A stretch of 27,246 nt of DNA from a virus (taxonomy: Duplodnaviria > Caudoviricetes): positions 1 through 27,246 of IMG/VR virus record IMGVR_UViG_3300037518_000341; one strand, written 5' to 3'. How positions within the stretch are numbered: the stretch's first letter is position 1; every line of letters starts with the position of its first letter. The position numbers and the translations under genes were made by a program. Below, piece by piece: positions 8,055-15,299 of this stretch. The notes under the pieces were generated by a model, which saw only the letters and a list, made by a program, of their open reading frames with translations, was not told the origin of the DNA and ran no database searches.

Positions 8055-9854
8055 ATGGCCACCCTCAACCTCACCCTCAGCAACACCGCCAATGACTGGG
8101 GGATGATAGCCGATTATCAACTGTTTTCCACCACCGATGAGTCGCTGCAAACGGGCGCGACCGTCAATGGGTCTGACGGGGCGGGCTACCTCTTCACCGG
8201 CGTTAGCGGCCTGAGCGGGGCCACGATCAACAGCGCCGACGTGAACTGGCCGACCCGCACCACCGAGCTAGGCACGATGGTCTGTAAGATATTCTGCAAC
8301 GACGTGGAGGCTCCCACCGCGCCCGCCGATGGCGCGGCTTTTCAGGCTCTAGCTCGGACCACCGCTGGGGTGGATTTCACGGCCTATGGGCACTCCTCCG
8401 ATGGCGCGCTGATGACGGCGGCGGTCAGCATCGCCACGGTGGTGCAGGAACTGGCGGACACCTGGGACCCCAGCGCCATTTCCGTGCTGGTGGACGATAA
8501 CGGCACTTCGCAGGCTACCAGTAACAACGGGCGGTTCCGGGACCAGAGCCGGGCCGGTGCCGCCGACGCGACCCTGGATATTGACTACACCGAGGGAGTG
8601 TCGGACCAGACCATCACCGGCCCCACGGTCTCCCTGGCCCTCAGCGCCAACGCGCCAACGTTGGCCGCCTCGGGCGCTGCCCCAATAACCGGCCCCACTG
8701 TGAGCCTGGCCCTCAGTGTGCAGGCTCCGGTGGCCAGCGGCTCCGGGACGGCCCCGGCCATTGCGCCAACACCCACGGCGGTTGCCTTCGCGGTCAACGC
8801 GCCAACCCTTGCCCCTTCTGGTGCGGCTCCCATCACACCGACGCCGGTGTCACTGGCCCTCTCGGTGGCGGCCCCCACAATTGCGGGCAGTGGTACCGCT
8901 GCTATCACCGCGCCCACCGTGGCGATGGCCCTGTCGGTAGCCGCGCCAACTGCGAGTGGTAGCGGCACCGCCACGGCCATTGCCCCGACGCCGACCGACC
9001 TGGTCTTTGCGGTCAGCGCGCCCAGCATAGCCGCTGGGGGAGCAGCGCCCATAACCGCCACTCCGGTTAGCCTGGCCCTCTCGGTCAACTCGCCAACCCT
9101 GGCGGGCAGCGGGTCGGCTCCAATCACCGCCCCCACGGTGACATTGGCGCTGACGGTCAACACGCCCTCGGTCGCTGGATCGGGCACCGCCACCGCCGGG
9201 CCGCCTGCCCCTGTGGAGTTGGCCTTCTCGGTCATGCAGCCCACCCAGGTCGCCACCAGCGGCGGTGCCCAGAGCATCACCATGACCGGAGCCGTGGCGC
9301 TGGCCCTATCGGTTAATGCTCCCGCCGTGGCTGGCTCCGGGGCCGCTGCGGTCACCGCTCCATCGGTGGTCCTGGCCCTAACGGTCAACGCCCCGGCGGT
9401 GGCGGGATCCGGCTCAGCCCCGGCGACTCTGGCCCCGGTGGGAATGGCGCTGTCGGTCAACGCGCCGAGCCTTGCGGGTTCTGGCGCTGCCCAGGTCACG
9501 GCCCCGGCAATATCGCTGGCCTTCAGCGTGGCGGCCCCGGCGCTGACCAGCACTGGCGCGGCTCCGGTGGCCCCGGCACCCACCGCGCTGGTTATGTCGG
9601 TGGCGGGGCCGGCGCTGTCGGGCAGCGGCACGGCCACGGCGATCACGGTTGGCGTGGTCCTGTTGGTGCTGTCGGTAAATGCACCCACCACATTTGCGGG
9701 GACCTTCGGCGTCCCGGTTCCGGGGCCAACTAAGGCGGTGGTGGTGAACCCTTACAATGCCCTGACCACCTACAACCCGGGCCGAAACTCGCTTGCCACC
9801 AGTCACGATGGGGGCAATGACGCGGGGCCAACGCATGACGGGGCCAACGCATGA
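8055..9854 (+). CDS. Putative virion fibre/decoration protein with ~15 Ala/Pro/Ser/Thr-rich repeats
   Basis: N-terminal beta-rich domain ending ATLDIDYT, then 24-26 aa repeats. The C-terminus is probably truncated by a 16-bp duplication (natural stop likely TAG 9913-9915). Confidence 0.75.
   Translation: MATLNLTLSNTANDWGMIADYQLFSTTDESLQTGATVNGSDGAGYLFTGVSGLSGATINSADVNWPTRTTELGTMVCKIFCNDVEAPTAPADGAAFQALARTTAGVDFTAYGHSSDGALMTAAVSIATVVQELADTWDPSAISVLVDDNGTSQATSNNGRFRDQSRAGAADATLDIDYTEGVSDQTITGPTVSLALSANAPTLAASGAAPITGPTVSLALSVQAPVASGSGTAPAIAPTPTAVAFAVNAPTLAPSGAAPITPTPVSLALSVAAPTIAGSGTAAITAPTVAMALSVAAPTASGSGTATAIAPTPTDLVFAVSAPSIAAGGAAPITATPVSLALSVNSPTLAGSGSAPITAPTVTLALTVNTPSVAGSGTATAGPPAPVELAFSVMQPTQVATSGGAQSITMTGAVALALSVNAPAVAGSGAAAVTAPSVVLALTVNAPAVAGSGSAPATLAPVGMALSVNAPSLAGSGAAQVTAPAISLAFSVAAPALTSTGAAPVAPAPTALVMSVAGPALSGSGTATAITVGVVLLVLSVNAPTTFAGTFGVPVPGPTKAVVVNPYNALTTYNPGRNSLATSHDGGNDAGPTHDGANA
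8613..9710 (+). repeat. Intragenic degenerate tandem repeat, ~72-78 bp x ~15
   Basis: Consensus ITAPTVSLALSVNAPxLAGSGxAP, counted by eye. Confidence 0.85.
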
Positions 9855-9865
9855 CGGGGCCAACG
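9823..9865 (+). repeat. 16-bp tandem duplication (about 2.7 copies)
   Basis: CGGGGCCAACGCATGA at 9823-9838 and 9839-9854, plus CGGGGCCAACG. Confidence 0.9.
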
Positions 9866-9904
9866 AGGCGGTGGCGGCCCATGACGGGACAAATGCCGTT
9901 GAGG

Positions 9905-10006
9905 TGATATACTAGGAGTAAGCCAAAAAGAGTCCCGGCGGTGCAGAAACACCCCGGGACCACGGCAAACGATAGGGAGATCTACCGATGCAACTACAGT
10001 TTAGCA
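9905..10006. promoter_or_regulatory. HNH cassette control element, copy 3
   Basis: TGATATACT 9905-9913; A-tract; hairpin GTCCCGG-C-GGTG/CAGAAA/CACC-CCGGGAC 9932-9960; minus-strand TGCTAAACT at 9998-10006. Confidence 0.8.
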
Positions 10007-10569
10007 CGCTTCTCACCACCCCCGACGCTTCCCTCTGGCAAAGTCCGCTTCTCCCGGCCCGTTTTTGGGTCAAGGTCAACCCCGCTGGCCCCATGCCTGA
10101 GCATTGCCTTGAGATTGGCCAGTGCTGGGTCTGGACGGGGGCTTGCAACTCGGATGGCTACGGCCAATTCAAGGCTGCCAGCAGGATGGCCGGCGCCCAC
10201 CGGCATCTCTACGCCGCTCTGTTAGCCCCCCTTCCGGATGGCCTCCATGTTTGCCACCGCTGCGACAATCCGCCCTGCGTGCGGCCCGGCCATCTGTTTA
10301 CTGGGACTCCGGCTGATAACGCCGCTGACCGGGAACGGAAGGGGCGAAACAACCCACCCCGAGGTGAGCGGCACGGGAGATATACCCATCCCGAGCAAAC
10401 CGCCCGTGGTGAGGGGCATGGGAGCGCCAAACTGAACACCACCAAGGTCCTGGAAATCCGCAGGCTAGCAAGTGAGGGTCTAACCAAGGCAGCTATTGCC
10501 CGCCAATTCGGGGTGAGCCAGGCCCTGGTGGGGTACATCATCCGGCGGGAAATCTGGGCACACGTATAG
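9988..10569 (+). CDS. HNH endonuclease with HTH (MQLQF family, copy 3)
   Basis: VCHRCDNPPCVRPGHL..GT.ADN and a C-terminal HTH. Confidence 0.92.
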   Translation: MQLQFSTLLTTPDASLWQSPLLPARFWVKVNPAGPMPEHCLEIGQCWVWTGACNSDGYGQFKAASRMAGAHRHLYAALLAPLPDGLHVCHRCDNPPCVRPGHLFTGTPADNAADRERKGRNNPPRGERHGRYTHPEQTARGEGHGSAKLNTTKVLEIRRLASEGLTKAAIARQFGVSQALVGYIIRREIWAHV

Positions 10570-10571
10570 AA

Positions 10572-10599
10572 TTGGCGGGCAATGGCGACATGGTATACT
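10572..10599 (+). promoter_or_regulatory. Sigma70-type promoter
   Basis: TTGGCG-N16-TATACT with a TGn extension, upstream of 10629. Confidence 0.5.
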
Positions 10600-10628
10600 G
10601 AGTTGAGTCAACGCTGCTGAGGTCACCG

Positions 10629-11039
10629 ATGGCGCTTCGTTTTAACCTTTTATTCGGCCAGATGCGGCCCGCGCCCCAAGGCCAGGCCATTGGTCTGACC
10701 CTCATGGGGACCCCCGCCAGCACGCCGGGTAAGGACGACCTCAGCGCCGACGGCAAGATGTACTACCGGCGCAAGCGCCCCATCAAGAGCCTCCAGTTGC
10801 GGAGCCTGGATGGGAGCCGGGCGGCGGTGCTGTACACCACCGACGCCCTGGGCAATATCACGGTGGACGCGCCGGGCCACCAGAACACTCTGATGCAGAT
10901 GGGTTGGCCGCTCTACCAGGGGCCAGGCACCGGCCCGGTGACCCTGGACCAACTGCTATTCCCCAGGCCGTATCTGGGCACCAGTGACCCCTATTACCGA
11001 GTAATCCTCGCAGAATTGGAGGCCCGTAAAGGTGGCTAA
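10629..11039 (+). CDS. Hypothetical protein
   Basis: GAGGT SD; overlaps the next start. Confidence 0.65.
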   Translation: MALRFNLLFGQMRPAPQGQAIGLTLMGTPASTPGKDDLSADGKMYYRRKRPIKSLQLRSLDGSRAAVLYTTDALGNITVDAPGHQNTLMQMGWPLYQGPGTGPVTLDQLLFPRPYLGTSDPYYRVILAELEARKGG

Positions 11040-11511
11040 CATATTCAACAACACCGCTAAAATTGGGCTGCTGAACGGGGCCACCAGCGAGATTGACCTG
11101 ATTAACGACACCATCGTCATCATCGCCCTGGAGGTGAATGACGACCCCGACGACCCCGACACCGAGTTCGTCGCGGACGTGCTGGGAGCCGGTGACGCCG
11201 ACGAGGTGACCAGCACCGGCTACACCGGCGGCTTCGCGGGCGCGGGCCGTCTGACCGCTGGCACCCCTGCGTTCGCCATTGACCAGGCCAACAACCGTGG
11301 CGAGTGGGATTGTGCCGATTTCACCTGGACCAGCATCAGCCAGGCCGGGGCCGAGGTCTGGGCCGGGTTCCTGCTGGCCAAGGAACTGACCAACGACGCC
11401 TCCTCCCCTGCCATTGTCCAGATTGATACGGCGACCGGCCTGCCGCTGACCCCGAACGGCTCCAACATCACCCTGACCATCGACGCCGAAGGGCTGCTGC
11501 ACTTCACCTAG
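11032..11511 (+). CDS. Putative virion structural protein (acidic, beta-rich)
   Basis: IDLINDTI...ADFTWT...GLPLTPNGSNITLT resembles a common phage fibre-associated family; from memory, not searched. Confidence 0.6.
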   Translation: MANIFNNTAKIGLLNGATSEIDLINDTIVIIALEVNDDPDDPDTEFVADVLGAGDADEVTSTGYTGGFAGAGRLTAGTPAFAIDQANNRGEWDCADFTWTSISQAGAEVWAGFLLAKELTNDASSPAIVQIDTATGLPLTPNGSNITLTIDAEGLLHFT

Positions 11512-11525
11512 ACCCGGAGGGGCAC

Positions 11526-11885
11526 ATGGTCACCACGATTGGGGTCGCAGACTTCAACATCAAACAAAACGACACCAGCCCCTTCAAGCGGGTCATGCTG
11601 ACCGGCGCGGACGAGGCTAACAACCCGCTGAGCCTCACCGGAGCCTCGGTCAAGTACATCATGCGCCCCCAGGCGGCGGGGTCCACGGTCAAGGTCAACG
11701 CCGCCGCCGTCATCATTTCCGCCACCACCCCGGTGACCGTGGAGTATCGCTGGGCGGTGGGCGACACCGACACCATCGGTTGGTTCATCGACGAATGGCA
11801 GGTGACCTTCGCGGGCGGCGCGGTGGAGACGTTCCCCAACACCCGACATGGCAGTGTGCTGGTCCATGACGACCTGGCGGATTAG
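11526..11885 (+). CDS. BppU-N-like structural/adaptor protein
   Basis: IKQNDTSP...LTGASV..M...VEYRW..GDTDT.G.F..EW.VTF..G..ETFP; GGAGG SD. Confidence 0.7.
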   Translation: MVTTIGVADFNIKQNDTSPFKRVMLTGADEANNPLSLTGASVKYIMRPQAAGSTVKVNAAAVIISATTPVTVEYRWAVGDTDTIGWFIDEWQVTFAGGAVETFPNTRHGSVLVHDDLAD

Positions 11886-11888
11886 ACA

Positions 11889-14888
11889 GTGGTATTAGTC
11901 AGCGAGCAGGCCCTCAACCGGTCGGTGATCGAACCCTCCCGCGATGAGGGTTTGCCCTACTCCAACCTGGTCCTCAGCATGGCCAGCGTCGCCGACGACT
12001 TTTTTCCCTGGGGCAACAACCTCCCCCTGCGGGACCGGCAACTGCGCGGCTTCTGGCCGACCGAGCCGGTGCTAGCCTCGGCGATCTACACCGTGGTGAG
12101 CCGCAACGCCGCGCTGTCGTGGGGCCTGGAAGGACCACCCCGAACCATCGAATCGGTCCAGCGTATGCTGCACTCGGTGGACCGAGGCCGGGGCTGGGAA
12201 AACTTTATGATCAAGGTCTGCACCGACTACCTGACCCAGGACAACGGCGCGTTCATCGAGATTGTCAGGCAGGGCGAGGGAGCGAACTCCCCGGTGATTG
12301 CGCTCAACCACCTGGACGCGGAACGGTGCCGGCGCACCGGGCGGCTGGATTACCCGGTGATCTATACCGACCGCATGGGGCGGATGCACCGCATGGAGCC
12401 TCATGATGTGATTGACCTGGTGGAGTTCCCCTCACCCATCGAGACGATGAACGGGGCGCAGTTGTGCGCTGTCTCCCGGGTGCTCCGGGCATCACAGATC
12501 CTCCGGGATATCTCGATCTACAAGCGGGAGAAGGTGGCCGGGAATACCCCGATGGGAATCACAATCGTAAACGGAATCAGCCAGAAGTCTATCTCCGACG
12601 CGTTCATTGACCACCGGGAGCGCATGTCCGCTGAGGGGTTCACGCGGTACATCAAGCCCCTGGTGTTCGCCACCACCGACCCCAACGCCAGGCCCACCTC
12701 CGTGGAAATACCCCTCAAGTCCCTGCCCGATGGGTTCGACGAAGACATGGCGATGCGCTGGTACATCAACCAGCTGGCGATGGGATTTGGCGTGGACTAC
12801 CAGGATTTCGCGCCGCTGCCCGGGCGTGCCCTGGGCAGCGGCCAGCAAAGTCTTATTCTCCACATGAAGAGCCGGGGCAAAGGCCCGGCGGTGTTTATGA
12901 AGGCGCTGTTGCACGCCTTCAACTTCCGTGGCATCCTGCCCCAGAACGTGGAGTTCACCTGGTCCGACCGGGACCTGGAGGAGGAACAGGAGACCGCCAA
13001 CCTGCGGGAGGCGCAGTCCCGGACGGACGCGGTGTACGTCGCCAACGGGGTGCTGAATCGCACCGTGATCCGGCGGCGGCTCCTGGAGCGTGGCGAAATC
13101 ACCCAGGAGGAGTTCGACGCCCTGGAAGCTGAGCAACTGGCGGACCCGGCCCAGGCCAACCCGGTGGGTGACCAGATGGGTGACCAGTTCGGCGGCGATG
13201 CGGCCCCGGCGGAGAAGGCGGTGGGCGATGAGCGGGCGGGCTTCGCGGAGCAGGCACGCCTGGATGCGGAGGACGCGCTGGCTCAGGACATGGAGCAGGC
13301 CCTGGCCCGGGTGCTGCGCGACATCAAGAAGCGGCTGAACGGGTCCAAACTGCTGCGCCGGAAAGAGGGGCCGGAGTTTCTTTTTGACGACACGGCATTC
13401 CAGGAGGAGATGCGCCGGGAGTTGGTCTCGGCGATGCTACCCCACGTGCGCCACATCGCGAACGTGGCGCTGGACGCCAACCTGTCCCTTGGCCTCAACG
13501 TGGACCTGGACCGGGTCAACCGGGAGGTGCTGCAATTCTCCAGCACCTACACCAACGATTGGTGGGCCAAACTGAGCGCCAATACCAGCCAGACGCTACG
13601 TGCTGAGTTCATGGCCTGGCAAGAGTTGGGCCTGGGCGACCGGGGGCTGCCCGACTTCATCGACGCGATTGAACCACTGTTCGGCGAGACCCGGGCCAAG
13701 CGGATCGCGGTCACGGAGACCACCCGCATCTTTGATTTGGGCAACAACCTGGCCCACATCGCCGCCGGGGTGACCGAGGAGGAATGGCAGACGGTCCGGG
13801 GCACCGGGGTGGATCAGATGTGCGCCGACCTGGACGGCCAGCGGTTTCCGGTGGACGGCGGCCCAAGGCCGGTGACCGATACTCATATCGGGTGCGTCGC
13901 CGAAGGGACTCTGGTAAACGGCGTGGCGATTGAAGGGGCGTACCGCGTTCACTATTCAGGCCCGATGCTCGAACTTACGACTGAGGCTGGTATGCGTCTT
14001 TCCATCACCCCGAATCACCCGGTGTTGACGGACCGAGGATGGGTGGCTGCGGAGTTCCTCCGCCCAGGTGACAATGTTATCAGCGGCGGCTTTGGTGAGG
14101 GGGTAGTCTCGTGCGCTAACGAACGCATAGCAGATTGCCCAACCGTGATTGAACAGATATTCGGAGCGTTTCCAGTGGTTCGACGGGAACTCATTACGGG
14201 AACGGAGTTCCACGGCGATGGCGGGCGCATGGATGGCTACGTCGATATTGTAAGCGCCGACCGCCAATTGAGGGGTGACCAGGAGTCCAGCGGATTCCAG
14301 CCAGTGGGCCATTTGCCGTTCATCGGCAGTGGCATAGCACATAGATTTTTGGTCCGTTATCGCGCGGCGTTGGTGGCTCTCCGGGCGCATGGGAGTGCCC
14401 CGGCGCGCTCGATTTGCTTTCTGGGTAAGGGCCTTACGTTCGGCCTCGGTCAATTCGGCCATGCGTTGCTGGTTGGCCTCACTAATGGTTCTTCTCGTTA
14501 TGCCATTGGCCAGCAAACGACGACTGATGGCTCGGCGAGAAACGCCATACTTTTGGGCCAGGGCCATTTCGGACTCCCCAGCGAGATAGGCAGCGATGAT
14601 CTCCGCCTCCGGGAGGATCAATTGGTTGGACCTCGGGTCCAATCCAGCATTCCGGATAACTCGGTAGAATTGGGTCAGGGAGACCGGACACCATTGCAGG
14701 ATCGACTTGAGAGCCTTCCCCTCCCGGTATTCCGTGATGAGTTGGTTTCGATCCGCTGCCGTCAATATTCTGGTCATGTCTACGACCTCCAGTCCTCAAT
14801 GTCGATGTATCAAGCTGCCGGAATCGTTATACACAATTGCCGGTGCGCCCGTCTGCCCGTGGTAGCGGACGCGGTGCTGGGGAGATAG
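11889..14888 (+). CDS. Portal protein fused to a MuF/SPP1 gp7-like minor head domain, with an intein
   Basis: Portal-like N-terminus (DYLTQDNGAFIEI...) at the portal position; MuF motifs RAKRIAVTETTR, W.T..D.MC..LDG, and HIG|CRC split by the intein. Confidence 0.85.
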   Translation: MVLVSEQALNRSVIEPSRDEGLPYSNLVLSMASVADDFFPWGNNLPLRDRQLRGFWPTEPVLASAIYTVVSRNAALSWGLEGPPRTIESVQRMLHSVDRGRGWENFMIKVCTDYLTQDNGAFIEIVRQGEGANSPVIALNHLDAERCRRTGRLDYPVIYTDRMGRMHRMEPHDVIDLVEFPSPIETMNGAQLCAVSRVLRASQILRDISIYKREKVAGNTPMGITIVNGISQKSISDAFIDHRERMSAEGFTRYIKPLVFATTDPNARPTSVEIPLKSLPDGFDEDMAMRWYINQLAMGFGVDYQDFAPLPGRALGSGQQSLILHMKSRGKGPAVFMKALLHAFNFRGILPQNVEFTWSDRDLEEEQETANLREAQSRTDAVYVANGVLNRTVIRRRLLERGEITQEEFDALEAEQLADPAQANPVGDQMGDQFGGDAAPAEKAVGDERAGFAEQARLDAEDALAQDMEQALARVLRDIKKRLNGSKLLRRKEGPEFLFDDTAFQEEMRRELVSAMLPHVRHIANVALDANLSLGLNVDLDRVNREVLQFSSTYTNDWWAKLSANTSQTLRAEFMAWQELGLGDRGLPDFIDAIEPLFGETRAKRIAVTETTRIFDLGNNLAHIAAGVTEEEWQTVRGTGVDQMCADLDGQRFPVDGGPRPVTDTHIGCVAEGTLVNGVAIEGAYRVHYSGPMLELTTEAGMRLSITPNHPVLTDRGWVAAEFLRPGDNVISGGFGEGVVSCANERIADCPTVIEQIFGAFPVVRRELITGTEFHGDGGRMDGYVDIVSADRQLRGDQESSGFQPVGHLPFIGSGIAHRFLVRYRAALVALRAHGSAPARSICFLGKGLTFGLGQFGHALLVGLTNGSSRYAIGQQTTTDGSARNAILLGQGHFGLPSEIGSDDLRLREDQLVGPRVQSSIPDNSVELGQGDRTPLQDRLESLPLPVFRDELVSIRCRQYSGHVYDLQSSMSMYQAAGIVIHNCRCARLPVVADAVLGR
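13893..14837 (+). mobile_element. Intein, 315 aa (residues 669-983)
   Basis: Block A CVAEGTLV, block B ITPNHPVLTDRGW...LRPGD, block F YSGHVYDLQ, block G IVIHN followed by extein Cys. Confidence 0.93.
13956..14777 (-). CDS. Antisense HTH + Vsr/DUF559-like putative homing endonuclease nested in the intein
   Basis: GGAGGT-N7-ATG on the minus strand; two HTH-like segments (e.g. YLAGES..ALAQKYGVSRRAISRRL); basic linker; T..E....L...G....Q..VG.Y.IDV....IAVE...R..YL...GW. Confidence 0.85.
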   Translation of the reverse strand: MTRILTAADRNQLITEYREGKALKSILQWCPVSLTQFYRVIRNAGLDPRSNQLILPEAEIIAAYLAGESEMALAQKYGVSRRAISRRLLANGITRRTISEANQQRMAELTEAERKALTQKANRARRGTPMRPESHQRRAITDQKSMCYATADERQMAHWLESAGLLVTPQLAVGAYNIDVAIHAPAIAVELRSRNEFPSNHWKRSEYLFNHGWAICYAFVSARDYPLTKAAADNIVTWAEELRSHPSSVRQHRVIRGDGKTHTSLSRKFEHRA

Positions 14889-14891
14889 CCG

Positions 14892-15299
14892 GTGGGTATG
14901 CGGTACGACCCGATTGGGATCAATCCGAAACTGCCACGGGGTAACGAGTTCGCGGTGGCGGCGGAGCAGGAACTTTCCGGGTTCATCAAGAACCTCCAGC
15001 GCACGGCCCAGACCTACCCGCCCCAGCGTCACCCGGGCCACAGCAGGACCGGCACCCTGCGGCGCTCCTGGTCCAGTGGTACAATGCGGAGCACTGGACG
15101 CATCGTAGGCGAGGTGGGGTCAAACAGTGGGATGGCCCCGTACAACCGCAAAGTGCAGGGGGAGAATGCGGAGCGGGCGTTCTGGGCTGAGGGGTATGGG
15201 TGGCCGGGAGTGGATTCCCTGGCCCACGATGTGACCCAGTTTCTGCCCCTGGTTATCCAGCAGGCGATTGACCGAGTGCTGGACCAGGCCGGAGCATGA
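14892..15299 (+). CDS. HK97 gp10-like morphogenesis protein
   Basis: YPP...RTGTLRRSW...GEVGSN...Y motif. Confidence 0.65.
   Translation: MGMRYDPIGINPKLPRGNEFAVAAEQELSGFIKNLQRTAQTYPPQRHPGHSRTGTLRRSWSSGTMRSTGRIVGEVGSNSGMAPYNRKVQGENAERAFWAEGYGWPGVDSLAHDVTQFLPLVIQQAIDRVLDQAGA

Noticed and set aside
8585-9691. 368-aa minus-strand ORF
   Set aside because: Mirror of the GC-rich repeat gene, with no independent motifs.
14826-14831. Minus-strand TATAAC as promoter of the antisense endonuclease
   Set aside because: Well placed, but it lacks the conserved final T, a TGn extension and a clear -35, so it is left uncalled.
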